From: Gemmatimonadales bacterium | GTDB lineage: Bacteria > Gemmatimonadota > Gemmatimonadetes > Gemmatimonadales > GWC2-71-9 | DNA: 64,000 nucleotides | Direction of reading: 5' to 3' | Assembly (NCBI GenBank): GCA_036522815.1 | Contig: DATDFC010000102.1 | Coordinates: 22,056 to 86,055, forward strand | Notes under the pieces: model-generated | What the model was told of the DNA's origin: nothing | The model's input: only the letters and a program-made list of their open reading frames with translations | The model's database searches: none | Translations under genes and position numbers: made by a program | Shown: in pieces, positions 9,667 to 20,300 of the stretch | Layout: each line of letters begins with the position of its first letter | How positions within the stretch are numbered: the stretch's first letter is position 1

Positions 9667-9912
9667 ATGGCACCGGTCACGGTTCAACGCTTCGTCAAGG
9701 AGCTGGAAAAGTTGAAGCAGCAGGTGGACGCGGGAACCCTCACGCCTCCGGATTACGATAGTCGCCTGGCGCGCATCATCCGCGAGCTGCGCGAGCAGGG
9801 TCTGGACGCCGATCGCGCCGCGATCACGGCGGCGCTCGCCGACGCGGCCAAACGAGGCATCATCACGCCCGAGGTGCAGGAGCACCTCCGCCACCGGCTC
9901 GGGCTCGCCTGA
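9667..9912 (+). CDS. small helical protein, translationally coupled to xoxF
   Basis: ATG at 9667 preceded by AAGGAGGA. 81 aa (MAPVTVQRFVKELEKLKQQV...). Its TGA (9910-9912) overlaps the xoxF ATG (9912-9914). Confidence 0.55.
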   Translation: MAPVTVQRFVKELEKLKQQVDAGTLTPPDYDSRLARIIRELREQGLDADRAAITAALADAAKRGIITPEVQEHLRHRLGLA

Positions 9913-11681
9913 TGGGGAAGGGGGCGGGCGCGCTCGCCCTGCTGTTCGTCACGCTCGGTCCGAGGCATGCTCGGGCACAGGACGCCGGCGAGGACGGCCA
10001 GTGGACCATGCCCGGCCGGGACTATGCCGCCACGCGCTACAGTCCGTTGGCGCAGATCAGCGTGGCCAACGCGAGCCGGCTGCGGCCCGTGTGGACGTTC
10101 TCGACGGGCGTGCTGGGCGGCCACGAGGGCCAGCCGCTGGTCGTGGGCCACACGCTGTACGTGGTGACCCCGTACCCGAACGTGCTGTACGCGTTCGACC
10201 TCACCAAGCCCGACTATCCGCTCAAATGGAAGTACCGCCCCGACGTGGATCCCAACGCCGTGGGGATCGCCTGCTGCGATGCGATCAACCGCGGCGCGTT
10301 CTACGCCGAGGGAAGAATCGTCTACAACCTGCTGGACGGCCGGACCGTGGCGATCGACACCGCCACCGGGGAAGAATTATGGAAGACGAAGATCGCCGAT
10401 CTGTCGCAGGGCGAGACCACACCCGTCGCCCCGTTCATCGTCAAGCGTCGTGTGATCGTCGGCGCGTCGGGGGGGGAGTTCGGCATCCACGGCTGGGTAA
10501 AGGGGCTCGATCTGCGCACCGGCCGGATCGCGTGGACGGCGTACAACATGGGACCGGACAGCGAGATGCTCGCGTGGCCGGGGACGGTGCGGTCGTTCTA
10601 CGGGAAGCAAAAAGACCTGGGCGTCACGACCTGGCCGAAAGACGGCTGGGCCCACGGCGGCGGGCCGGTCTGGGGATGGATGTCCTACGACCCCCGTCTC
10701 GACCTGGTGTACTACGGCGTTGGCAACCCCGGCCCGTACAACCCGGAGCAGCGTCCGGGCGATAACAAGTGGACCGCCAGCGTGGTCGCCCGGCGGCCCG
10801 ATGACGGCGCTCTCGTGTGGGCCTACCAGTTCACGCCGCACGACAGTTGGGACTACGACGCCACCGCCGAGAATATCCTCGCCGACTTGGTCCTCGGGGG
10901 TGAGGAGCGGAACGTCTTGGTCCATTTCGACAAGAACGGCTTCGCGTACACGCTCGATCGCGCCACGGGCGAAGTGCTCGTCGCCGAGCCGTTCGTGCCC
11001 GTGAGCTGGGCCACGCGCGTGGACCGGGCGAGCGGCCGGCCGGTGATCGACTCGACCAAGCTCACGGGCGCGTCGCGCGGCAACGTGAAGGACATCTGTC
11101 CCAGCCTCGAGGGCGGCAAGACGCCCGCCGCACCGGCGGCGTACTCGGCGCGCACGAAGCTATTCTACGTTCCCACCAACAACCTCTGCATGGACTACGA
11201 GGCGGTGCCGGTGACCCGCATCGCCGGCACGCCGTTCATCGGGGCGAATACACCGTACCACGCCGGCCCGGGCGGGCAGATGGGCGCGTTCATCGCGTGG
11301 GATGCGGCCCGCGGCCGCAAGGTGTGGGCGATCGAAGAGCCGTACCCGGTGTGGAGCGGCGTGCTCGCCACGGCCGGAAACGTCGTCTTCTACGGGACGC
11401 TCGATGGCTGGTTCAAGGCCGCCGACGCGACGAGCGGGCGGCTGCTGTGGAAGTTCAAAGTCGGTTCGGGGGTCGTGGGGAATCCCATCGCCTACACCGG
11501 CCCCGACGGCAAGCAGTACGTGGCGGTGTACGCCGGGATCGGCGGCGACTGGTTCCTGCTCGCCGGGGACGTGCGCTCCGATGACCCGGCCGACGTGCGG
11601 CCGCCCGCCGATTTCATGCGCGACATCGCGCGCCACACGAGCCAGGGCGGCATGGTGTGGCTGTTCGGACTGGGTCCATGA
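9912..11681 (+). CDS. xoxF: PQQ-dependent methanol/alcohol dehydrogenase, XoxF-type
   Basis: Signal peptide, vicinal disulfide motif GIACCDAINRG, quinoprotein propeller repeats, and TPHDSWDYDA carrying the D-x-D signature of lanthanide-dependent enzymes (MxaF has DYA). Confidence 0.85.
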   Translation: MGKGAGALALLFVTLGPRHARAQDAGEDGQWTMPGRDYAATRYSPLAQISVANASRLRPVWTFSTGVLGGHEGQPLVVGHTLYVVTPYPNVLYAFDLTKPDYPLKWKYRPDVDPNAVGIACCDAINRGAFYAEGRIVYNLLDGRTVAIDTATGEELWKTKIADLSQGETTPVAPFIVKRRVIVGASGGEFGIHGWVKGLDLRTGRIAWTAYNMGPDSEMLAWPGTVRSFYGKQKDLGVTTWPKDGWAHGGGPVWGWMSYDPRLDLVYYGVGNPGPYNPEQRPGDNKWTASVVARRPDDGALVWAYQFTPHDSWDYDATAENILADLVLGGEERNVLVHFDKNGFAYTLDRATGEVLVAEPFVPVSWATRVDRASGRPVIDSTKLTGASRGNVKDICPSLEGGKTPAAPAAYSARTKLFYVPTNNLCMDYEAVPVTRIAGTPFIGANTPYHAGPGGQMGAFIAWDAARGRKVWAIEEPYPVWSGVLATAGNVVFYGTLDGWFKAADATSGRLLWKFKVGSGVVGNPIAYTGPDGKQYVAVYAGIGGDWFLLAGDVRSDDPADVRPPADFMRDIARHTSQGGMVWLFGLGP

Positions 11682-12184
11682 TCGACACGCTCGCCGTTGT
11701 GCTGCTCGCGCTGTGCTGCATCGCCGGTCTGGTGCTCGTTCCGCTCGGGCTGCCGGGGCTGTGGGTGATGGTGGGCGGGGTCTTGGGCTACGGCGCGCTC
11801 ACCGGATTTCGCACCATCGGGATCGCCACGCTGGCGATCGTGCTGGGGCTCGCGCTGCTGGGCGAGCTCCTGGAGTGGTGGGTGGGGTTCGGGCTGACCG
11901 AGCGGTACGGCGGCTCGCGCCGCTCCGGCTGGGGCGCCCTGGTCGGCGGGATCGCGGGCGCCATGGTGGGCGTGCCGGTCCCGATCGTGGGGAGCGTGAT
12001 CGGCGCCTTCCTCGGCGCGTTCGTCGGCGCCGCCGTGTTCGAGTACTCAGTGTCGCGCGCGCCGGGTGTGGCGGTGCGGGCGGGGTGGGGTGCGGTGCTG
12101 GGTCGCGCCGCCGGTGCCGCCGCGAAGATCGCGCTCGGGGTGGTGATCGCCGTCATCGGCGGCTTCGCGGCGGTAAAGGGATGA
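11678..12184 (+). CDS. DUF456-family membrane protein
   Basis: ATG at 11678 overlaps the xoxF stop (ATGA). Gly-rich polytopic membrane protein (LPGLWVMVGG...GGSRRSGWGALVG). Confidence 0.7.
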   Translation: MIDTLAVVLLALCCIAGLVLVPLGLPGLWVMVGGVLGYGALTGFRTIGIATLAIVLGLALLGELLEWWVGFGLTERYGGSRRSGWGALVGGIAGAMVGVPVPIVGSVIGAFLGAFVGAAVFEYSVSRAPGVAVRAGWGAVLGRAAGAAAKIALGVVIAVIGGFAAVKG

Positions 12185-12636
12185 GGGCCGTTCTGGTCGC
12201 CCTGCTCGTGGCGCTGGCCGCGTGCGGGCGCGGCGCGCCCCCGGCCGACCCGCGCGCCGGCCTGCCCGAAGTGCGTCATGACGAGCACGTGTTCGCGGGC
12301 GGCGCCCCCCCCGCCCCCAAAGCGGTGCCGTGGCAGAATCCTTACCGGCGCGACCAGCGGGCGGCTGCGGAAGGAGCGAAGATCTTCACGGCGATGAACT
12401 GCGACGGATGTCACGGCGGCGGGGGCGCCGGGTGGGTGGGACCGAGTCTGGCGGACGGACGGTGGCGGTTCGGCGGCGCGGACGGCGCGATCTTCCAGTC
12501 GATCTATTACGGCCGCCCGCACGGCATGCCTGCCTACGGCGGGCTGCTGCTCGCGCCCGACGCGGTGTGGAAGCTCGTCACCTATATCCAGTCGCTCGAG
12601 CCCCCGGCGGACCTGCCGACGGAGGCGTGGCGCTGA
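12181..12636 (+). CDS. mono-haem c-type cytochrome lipoprotein (candidate XoxG-like electron acceptor)
   Basis: ATG at 12181 overlaps the previous stop (ATGA). Lipobox LVALAAC, haem motif CDGCH, and a distal Met region GRPHGMPAYG. Only the last 151 codons of ORF 11302-12636 are used. Confidence 0.8.
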   Translation: MRAVLVALLVALAACGRGAPPADPRAGLPEVRHDEHVFAGGAPPAPKAVPWQNPYRRDQRAAAEGAKIFTAMNCDGCHGGGGAGWVGPSLADGRWRFGGADGAIFQSIYYGRPHGMPAYGGLLLAPDAVWKLVTYIQSLEPPADLPTEAWR

Positions 12637-12829
12637 GGGAGGTCCACAGCGCCACGCTCGTCACCAGGACATTGGCGACGATCACCGGCCACGCGTGTAT
12701 CGCCACGCCGTACGACGCCCAAACGAGCGCGGCCATTCCCTGGACCCGGCGCAGCGTGACCGGCTGCTTGGTGAAGTACGACACCAAGAACACCGCGGTC
12801 GCAAGCCAGCCGAGCCAGTCGTAGCTCAT
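12578..12829 (-). CDS. small membrane protein (about 83 aa)
   Basis: ATG at 12829 (MSYDWLGWLATAVFLVSYF...) with two or three TM helices. The 3' end overlaps the cytochrome c gene by 59 nt in convergent orientation. Confidence 0.5.
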   Translation of the reverse strand: MSYDWLGWLATAVFLVSYFTKQPVTLRRVQGMAALVWASYGVAIHAWPVIVANVLVTSVALWTSLSATPPSAGPPGARATGYR

Positions 12830-12849
12830 CTCCCCCCCTCCCTCCCCAG

Positions 12850-13650
12850 TCAGGCGACGAGTGGTGGCGCGGAATCGGTCTCGCGGATCGTCAACAGGTC
12901 GGTCTGGACCTTGTCCCACTCCTGGAGCACCAGCCCGTGGGACTCGAACAGCGCGTGAATGCCCCGCTCGTCCATCCGGACGATTTCTTCCAGGATCGGC
13001 ACCAGCACGCTCACCGCGTCATCGGAGAGCACCGAGCGCTTCGCGATCTGCGCGAGGTACTTGTTCTCGGACACTGCAATAGTGAGGCCGTTGAGCCGGT
13101 TGACATGCAGCATCACGTGAATGTCGGAGCCGCCGTCGCCGACGTAGATGACACGGTCGTGCCCCACGTGCAGCTTGGCACGCAATTCCTCGAGCAGCGC
13201 CATCTTCCCGTACCCGGCCGTGACCCGCTCGATACCCTGGATTTCTCCCGACGTGGGATCGTAGCGAAACCGCGTCCCGTAGATATGGTCTGCCGGGACG
13301 ATGCCCTCGAGGGCGGATTGAATCACTTCCTGCGGAGCGGCGGAGATCACGTAGAACGCGAACTCGTAGCCATCCAGCTCGCCGAGCAGGCGGGTCAGCA
13401 GGTGGAGGTTCTGCTTCAAGCGAATGCGCTTGCCTACCTCGACCAAGTGCTCCTGACGCACGCGGCGGTACTCCGGATCGTGCAGCAACAGATAGGCGAG
13501 CTCGGCCCCCTGCTGCACCAGATGAATCCGGGACAGTCCCTCGATGCGCTCCTGGAATCCGGAGAGGCCGAGCAGGTCGCTCAAGACGATCCCCGAATCG
13601 TTGAAGCTGAGGGTCTGGTCGAAGTCGCTTGCCAACAGGTATCGCTTCAT
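12850..13650 (-). CDS. HAD-superfamily hydrolase (subfamily IB-like)
   Basis: Motif I DFDQTL and motif [10 protein letters not shown], in a 266-aa ORF with a clean ATG start. Confidence 0.8.
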   Translation of the reverse strand: MKRYLLASDFDQTLSFNDSGIVLSDLLGLSGFQERIEGLSRIHLVQQGAELAYLLLHDPEYRRVRQEHLVEVGKRIRLKQNLHLLTRLLGELDGYEFAFYVISAAPQEVIQSALEGIVPADHIYGTRFRYDPTSGEIQGIERVTAGYGKMALLEELRAKLHVGHDRVIYVGDGGSDIHVMLHVNRLNGLTIAVSENKYLAQIAKRSVLSDDAVSVLVPILEEIVRMDERGIHALFESHGLVLQEWDKVQTDLLTIRETDSAPPLVA

Positions 13651-13680
13651 CGGTCGTGCCTCATAGTCGTTCAGGTCGCG

Positions 13681-13726
13681 GAAAATTCAACGCCCCCCGC
13701 CGGGACAGCTCCGGAGGGGGGCGTTG
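13681..13726 (-). terminator. intrinsic terminator-like hairpin after the BNR-protein gene
   Basis: 11-bp arms CAACGCCCCCC (13688-13698) / GGGGGGCGTTG (13716-13726). On the minus strand the hairpin is followed by AATTTTC (13681-13687). Confidence 0.5.
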
Positions 13727-13912
13727 GCACATCATCGTGCCACCCAGCGGGCCGGCTCGCTCAGGGACTCATCCAGCAGCAATTAGGCTTCAACACCGCG
13801 CGATCCATACCGGGTTCCAGCCCTCGTGGGTTCTGATACGCACTCTAGACACAACCGTAACCGGTGTCAACCCGCATGGGACCGACAACCGTGTGATGCG
13901 CGACACGATGGC

Positions 13913-16900
13913 TCACGGCTTGTTCCCGCCGGTGACAATGTCTCTGAGCGGCGCCTTGCGCAGCTCGGCGCCGAACGCCGGCAGCTCGCGCTCCATGAAG
14001 CCGGCGAAGCGCACGGACGCGTCGGCCAGGCGCTGCGTGAACAGCTCGAACACCGCCTGCTGCTGCGCCGTGGGCGCGAAGTCGGCCCCGCTCTCGGAGA
14101 CGTCGGACTGCAGTGCCGCGAGCCGGCCGTAGAGCTGCATCGGGCCGCGGAACGCATCCTCGCGCGCGCCCGTCAGATGGACGTCGAACAGCACGCCCTC
14201 GACGGCGCCGGCGTGGCGGTCGAGCGAATCGGCGAGGCCGGCGAGCCGCTTGGCGCTCGAGTCACCGGTGAGGGCGGTGTCGCCCCGCAACTGACCGGTC
14301 AAATCCGCGAGCTGTTTCCGCACCCACTCGAGCCGGTTGATCATGCGCGCCACGCTGTCCTGCGCGCTGCGGATCGCGAGCGCCAGCCGGGTCTGCGCCA
14401 CGACGTCGGTGTCGCTCGCCGTCGTGTTCGGGTCCTTGAGCACCGTGAGCGTCTGCGTGAGCGTGGTCCGGGTGGCTGCGCTGTCCCCCACGGTGACCCG
14501 CACGGTGTAGCTGCCCGGCGGCACGAGCGGACCCCGCAGCGATAGGTCCAGGTCCCAGCTCACGAGGGGCCGGGTGCCGTCGGCGCCGACGCGCACCCAC
14601 GCCTTGCCGGGCGGTGGCGTCCGCAGCTTGGGTGTGGCGGGTGACGTGTAACGCAGGTTCCACCAGACACGATTCAACCCCGGCTTGCGCTCTCCCTCGA
14701 GCACCCGCACCGTGTCGCCGCCCGATCCGAGAATGACGATCTTGGCGGGACGCAGACGGTGCGCGCTGTCGGCCGCGGTCGCGGTGTCGGCGAGCCCCGC
14801 GGGCAGGTAGTAGGTCAGGCCCGCCCCGTCGGGTACGCTGTCCACCTGGACGGCGCTGTTGGGCGCGCTGATGATGCCCTGCTGCGCGCGGAAGCGATAC
14901 GCGGGGCGTGGTTTGAACATTATGGCCCCGCCCGCAAGGGCGGGGAAACCAGGGTCCTCCAGCGGCGAGATGTCGTCCAGGATCCAGATGCCTCGCCCGT
15001 AGGTCGAGACCACCAGGTCGTGGAAGTGCGGCTGCACCGTGATCCACGAGATCGGCGCGTGCGGCAGGTTGGTCTGAAGCGGGAGCCACCGAGCCCCGTC
15101 GTCCAACGTCACGTACACGCCGCTCTCGGTGCCCGCGAACAGCAGGCCCCGGCGCACGGGGTCTTCCGTCACCACGTGTACGAACGCCAGGGACGAGCGC
15201 GGCAGGCCGTCGGAGATCTTCTTCCAGCTCTTGCCGAAGTCCGTCGTCTTGAAGATGTAGGGATCGAGGTCGTCGAGCTCGTGCAGGTCGACCGAGAGGT
15301 ACGCCGTCCCGGCGTCGAAGTGCGACGGCTCGATGTTGGAGATCTTCCCCCAGGGCGGAAGCTTGGGGATTCCCCCGGTCACGTCATTCCAGGTCGCGCC
15401 GCCATCGCGGGTGACGTGCACCACGCCGTCGTTCGAGCCCGCCCAGATCACGCCGGCGCCCCCCTGCGCCGGTGACTCGGCGAGCGCGAACAGCGTGGCG
15501 CCGTCGAACGTCATGAGGTTGTCGGTGGTAACGCCCCCCGAGCTGCGCTGGTGGGTCGTGTCGTTCCGCGTGAGGTCCGGGCTCACCACCTTCCAGCTCG
15601 CGCCGCCGTCGGTGGTGAGGTGCACGTACTGGCTGCCCGCGAACACCTTCCGATGGTCGTGCGGCGAGATCATGATCGGGAACGTCCAGTTCCAGCGATA
15701 CTTCAAGTCGGCGGGCCGCCAGCCGTAGCCCGCCTCGGGCCAGACGCGCACGTTGCGCGCGTGGTTGCTGCGCGCGTCGTACACCTCGAGGCCACCGTCG
15801 TAGCACCCCGACCAGACCGTGACGTTGTCCACCGTGTCGGGGATCCCGAAGCCGCTTTCGCAGCCGCCGATGTGTCGCCAGTCGCCCTCGCTGATCCCGT
15901 CCCCCAGGCCGCGGCTCGGCATGCGATACGACGTCCCGTCCTGGCGGTTCCCGTACACGTTGTACGGGACGCGCGTGTCGGCATAGACGTGGTACATCTG
16001 GGCGATGGGGAGCACCACGCGCTGGAACGATCGCCCGCGGTTGAGCGTGATGCTGGCGCCGCCGTCGTGCGCCACCATGAAGCGGTCGGGGTTCACGGGA
16101 TCGATCCAGATGTCGTGGTTGTCGCCTCCTCCCTGATAGCCCGAGCGGGCGAGGGTGCGGCCCCCGTCGCGCGACATGCTGAACCGCACCGACACGAAGT
16201 ACAACCGCTCCTCGTCGTCCGGCGCCACCGCGAAGCGCACGTAGTAGGGCGCGCGCTCGGCCATGGAGTGGTCCCGGCTCACGACGTGCCAGGTCACGCC
16301 GCGGTCGTCGCTGCGGTACAGCGTCGGGTCCTGATCCTCGATCAGCGCGTACACCGTGTTGGGATTGGACGGCGCGACCGCCACCGCGATCTTACCGACC
16401 ACGTGCTGGGCCTCCGGGAGCCCGTGTCCCGCCAGCCGCTTCCAGGTCACTCCCCCGTCGCGCGACACCCACAGCCCGCTCCCGGGCCCGCCGCTCTGCA
16501 GGTGCCAGGTCTTCACTTCGAATTGCCACATACCGGCGAATAGCGTATTCGGGTCTCCCGGATCGATCGCCAGGTCGGAGCACCCCGTGTTCGTGTCGAC
16601 GAACAGCACGCGGGTCCACGTCTTGCCGCCGTCGGTGGTGCGGTACACGCCGCGGTCCTGGGCCGGCCCGTACGCCCGTCCCAGCGCGCACACCAGCACC
16701 ACATCGGGGTTCGCGGGATGGATCACGATGCGCGCGATGCGTCCCGTGCCGTCGAGCCCCTGGTGTTGCCAGCTGCGGCCCGCGTCGGTCGAGCGGTACA
16801 CGCCGTTACCGAGCGCGGTCGTCGAGCGGATGAAGAAGGTCTCGCCGGTGCCGGCCCAGAGGACGTTGTGGGCCGACGGCGCCAGCGCCAGCGCGCCGAT

Positions 16901-17143
16901 CGCCTGCGCCGGCTGGCTGTCGAACACCGCGCGCCAGTGCACGCCACCGTCCTCGGTCTTCCAGATGCCCCCCGACGCGGCCCCCACGTAGGCCACCAGC
17001 GGATTGCCGGGCTCCCCGGTCGCGGCCACGGCGCGGTTGCCCTCGGGGCCGACGAAGCGGTACCGCAGGCGCGTCCACAGTGTGGTGTCGGGTTGCTGCG
17101 TGGCGACCGCAGCGGCCAGGGCGTACAACGCGATGAGCGGCAT
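13913..17143 (-). CDS. exported BNR/Asp-box (sortilin/VPS10-like) repeat protein
   Basis: Multiple Asp-box-like repeats (STDAGRSW, TTDGGKTW, SRDGGVTW, SDDRGVTW, TTDGGASW, TRDGGATW, TTDFGKSW, LDDGARW). The ATG at 17143 gives signal peptide MPLIALYALAAAVATQQ; an alternative ATG lies at 17179. Confidence 0.8.
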   Translation of the reverse strand: MPLIALYALAAAVATQQPDTTLWTRLRYRFVGPEGNRAVAATGEPGNPLVAYVGAASGGIWKTEDGGVHWRAVFDSQPAQAIGALALAPSAHNVLWAGTGETFFIRSTTALGNGVYRSTDAGRSWQHQGLDGTGRIARIVIHPANPDVVLVCALGRAYGPAQDRGVYRTTDGGKTWTRVLFVDTNTGCSDLAIDPGDPNTLFAGMWQFEVKTWHLQSGGPGSGLWVSRDGGVTWKRLAGHGLPEAQHVVGKIAVAVAPSNPNTVYALIEDQDPTLYRSDDRGVTWHVVSRDHSMAERAPYYVRFAVAPDDEERLYFVSVRFSMSRDGGRTLARSGYQGGGDNHDIWIDPVNPDRFMVAHDGGASITLNRGRSFQRVVLPIAQMYHVYADTRVPYNVYGNRQDGTSYRMPSRGLGDGISEGDWRHIGGCESGFGIPDTVDNVTVWSGCYDGGLEVYDARSNHARNVRVWPEAGYGWRPADLKYRWNWTFPIMISPHDHRKVFAGSQYVHLTTDGGASWKVVSPDLTRNDTTHQRSSGGVTTDNLMTFDGATLFALAESPAQGGAGVIWAGSNDGVVHVTRDGGATWNDVTGGIPKLPPWGKISNIEPSHFDAGTAYLSVDLHELDDLDPYIFKTTDFGKSWKKISDGLPRSSLAFVHVVTEDPVRRGLLFAGTESGVYVTLDDGARWLPLQTNLPHAPISWITVQPHFHDLVVSTYGRGIWILDDISPLEDPGFPALAGGAIMFKPRPAYRFRAQQGIISAPNSAVQVDSVPDGAGLTYYLPAGLADTATAADSAHRLRPAKIVILGSGGDTVRVLEGERKPGLNRVWWNLRYTSPATPKLRTPPPGKAWVRVGADGTRPLVSWDLDLSLRGPLVPPGSYTVRVTVGDSAATRTTLTQTLTVLKDPNTTASDTDVVAQTRLALAIRSAQDSVARMINRLEWVRKQLADLTGQLRGDTALTGDSSAKRLAGLADSLDRHAGAVEGVLFDVHLTGAREDAFRGPMQLYGRLAALQSDVSESGADFAPTAQQQAVFELFTQRLADASVRFAGFMERELPAFGAELRKAPLRDIVTGGNKP

Positions 17144-17302
17144 AGCGACGCAGCCTCGGTGCAGGGGGAGGGATAGCATGGCGCCGGCGCTGCACCCGCG
17201 CCAGGTTCTCTACGGCAACAGTCGCGGCGGAACCCGGCCGGGGTGGGGTGTGTTTTTCACCATGTTCTCCCGCGTCGTCCGCCGCCACCCTGAGAGGCTC
17301 GC

Positions 17303-20300
17303 ATGTGGATCGTTCGACTGGCTCTGCGCCGGCCGTACACGATTGCGGTGATGGCCCTGCTCATCCTCGTGCTGGGCACGTTGTCCCTCACGCGCATGAT
17401 CGTGGACATCTTCCCCGCCATCGACATCCCGGTCGTCGCCGTCGTGTGGAACTACCCGGGGCTCTCGGCCGAGGAGATGGAGCGGCGGGTGGTGATCATC
17501 AGCGAGCGCGGCTTCTCGACCACGGTCAACGGGATCGAGCGCATCGAGTCCCAGTCGATCCCCGGGATCGGGTTGCTGAAGATCTACTTCCAGCCCGGGA
17601 CGGACATCGGCGGCGCCATCGCGCAGATCGGGGCGCTTTCGAGCACTATCCTGCGCATCGCGCCGCCGGGGATGCAGCCGCCCACGCTGGTCCAGTTCAA
17701 CGCGTCCAACGTGCCGGTGGCGCAGCTCACCGCCTCGAGCGCCACGCTCCCCGAGGACCGCATCTTCGACTATGGACTGAACTTCATCCGGGTCCGCCTG
17801 TTCACCATCCCGGGGCTCTCGACGCCGGCGCCGTTCGGCGGCCGGCAGCGTCAGGTCTCGATCGACATCGACCCACAGGCCCTGGCGGCGAAGGGGCTGT
17901 CGCCGGCCGACGTGGTCGGCGCGCTGCAGGTATCGAACGTGATCGTCCCGGCCGGCACGGCGCGCATCGGCTCCACGGAGTACAACGTGGCCTTGAACTC
18001 GAGCCCGTCCGTGGTGGCGGAGTTCGAGCGGATCCCGCTCAAGGTGGTGAACGGGGCACCGGTGCTGCTGGGAGACGTGGCGCGCGTGTCCGACAGCTAC
18101 GCCCCCCAGTCCAACATCGTGCGGGTGAACGGCAAGCGCGCGACCTATCTCGCGATCCTCAAGCACGCCGACGCGTCCACGCTCGCGGTGGTCGAAGCGA
18201 CCCGCCGGGCTATCCCCTCGATTCAGGCGGTGGCCCCGGAAGGGCTCGACCTGAAGATCGATTTCGACCAGTCGCTGTTCGTACGGGCGGCGATCTCGGG
18301 CGTGGTGCGCGAGGCGATCCTCGCCTCGGTGCTCGTCTCGTTGATGATCTTCGCGTTCCTGGGGAGCTGGCGCAGCGTGGTCATCGTGTCCACGTCGATC
18401 CCGCTCGCCATCTTCACGGCGTTCCTGGGGCTCAAGTTCACGAACCAGACGATCAACATCATGACGCTGGGCGGACTGGCGCTCGCGATCGGGATGCTGG
18501 TGGACGACGCCACCGTGGCGATCGAGAACATCCATCGCAACCGGGCGCTGGGGAAGCCGCTCACGGTCGCCGTGCTGGACGGTGCCCGGCAGGTGGCCGT
18601 GCCGGCGATCGTGGCCACGCTGGCGATCTGTATCGTGTTTTTCCCGGTCGCGCTGCTGTACGGACCGGCCAGATACCTGTTCACGCCGCTCGCGCTCGCC
18701 GTGGTGTTCGCGATGCTCGCGTCGTACGTGCTGTCGCGGACGCTGGTGCCGCTCCTGGCCCGGCTGCTGATGCCGGGTGAAGAGCATGCGGCCGCAACGC
18801 CCTCCGCTCTGCAGCGGCAGCGGGACGAGATCTGGGAGCGGTTCCAGGCCGGGTACGGCCGGGCGCTCGAGACGGTGCTCGCCCACCGCCGCTTCACACT
18901 GGTGACGGCGCTGGTGCTGGCGGTCAGCGGCGTGGCGTTGCTCACGGTCGTGGGCACCGACTTCTTCCCCGCCGTCGACGCCGGTCTCATGAAGCTGCAC
19001 TTCCGGGCCCCCGCCGGGACCCGCATCGAGGAGACCGAGCGGCTGGTGGAGCAGGTGGAGCGTCGCATCCGCGAGACGATCCCGGCGGGCGAGCTCGAGA
19101 CCGTCAACGACATGATCGGGGTGCCGCTCTTCTATAACCTGGCATTCGTCCCCACCGACAACATCGGGGCCATGGACGCGGAAGTGCTGATCGCGCTCAA
19201 GCCGGGGCATCGTCCGACGGAGCGCTACATGCGGGCGTTGCGGGCGACGCTGCCGGCGGATTTCCCGGGCTCGAGCTTCTACTTCCAGCCGGCGGACATC
19301 GTGAGCCAGGTACTGAACTTCGGCGTGTCCGCACCGGTGGACGTGCAAATCGAGGGGGCCAACCTCGCCCGCTCCTACGAAGTCGCGCGGCGGCTGCGCG
19401 ACGCGATCCGTACCGTGCCGGGCGCGGTGGACGTACACGTGCCGCAGGTGCTCGACTATCCCGCGCTCAAGGTGCAGGTGGATCGGGTGCGCGCCGCGCA
19501 GCTCGGTCTGACCCAGCGGGACGTGGCGAACAGCATGCTCATCTCCCTCTCCTCGAGCGGGCTGATCGCGCCCTCGTTCTTCCTGAACCCGGCGAACAAC
19601 GTGAACTACACGGTGGCGGTACAGACGCCGATCGCCCGGCTGGCCTCGGTGCCGAGTCTGCTCGCCACGCCGCTCACGCCCGCATCCGGCGTTCGGCCGG
19701 CCGATCCCAGCGGCGCGCCGTCGCTCGCCGAGCCGCCCGAGGCGCCCGCCGTGATGCTCGGCAACGTGGCGAGCGTGTCTCCCGGCGCCGCGCCCGGCGT
19801 GGTGAACCATTACACGGTGCAACGAGTGCTCGACGTCGAGGCGGGAGTGGAGGGTCGGGACCTGGGCGGCGTGGTGCGCGACATCCGCTCGCGCATCGCC
19901 GCGCTCGGTGCCCTGCCACCCGGCATGCGCATCACGGTGCGAGGACAGGGCGAGGTGATGGCGGCGTCGTTCCGGAGCCTGGGCCTGGGCCTGATCCTGG
20001 CGATCGTGCTGGTGTACTGCCTGATGGTGGTGTTGTTTCAATCCTGGCTCGATCCGTTCATCATCATGGCCGCCGTGCCGGGCGCCCTGGTGGGCATCCT
20101 CTGGATGCTCGCCCTCACCGGCACCACGCTGAACGTCGAATCGCTGATGGGCTCGATCATGGCGGTGGGGATCGCCGTGTCCAACTCGATTCTGCTCGTG
20201 AGCTTCGCCAACGACCGGCGGGTCGAGACGGGCGGCGATGCCCTCGCGGCCGCGCTCGAGGCCGGCAAGACCCGGCTGCGCCCCGTGCTGATGACCGCGC

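Noticed and set aside
11302-12636. 444-aa plus-strand ORF
   Set aside because: Most of it overlaps xoxF and the DUF456 gene out of frame. Only the last 151 codons (lipoprotein cytochrome c from ATG 12181) are supported.
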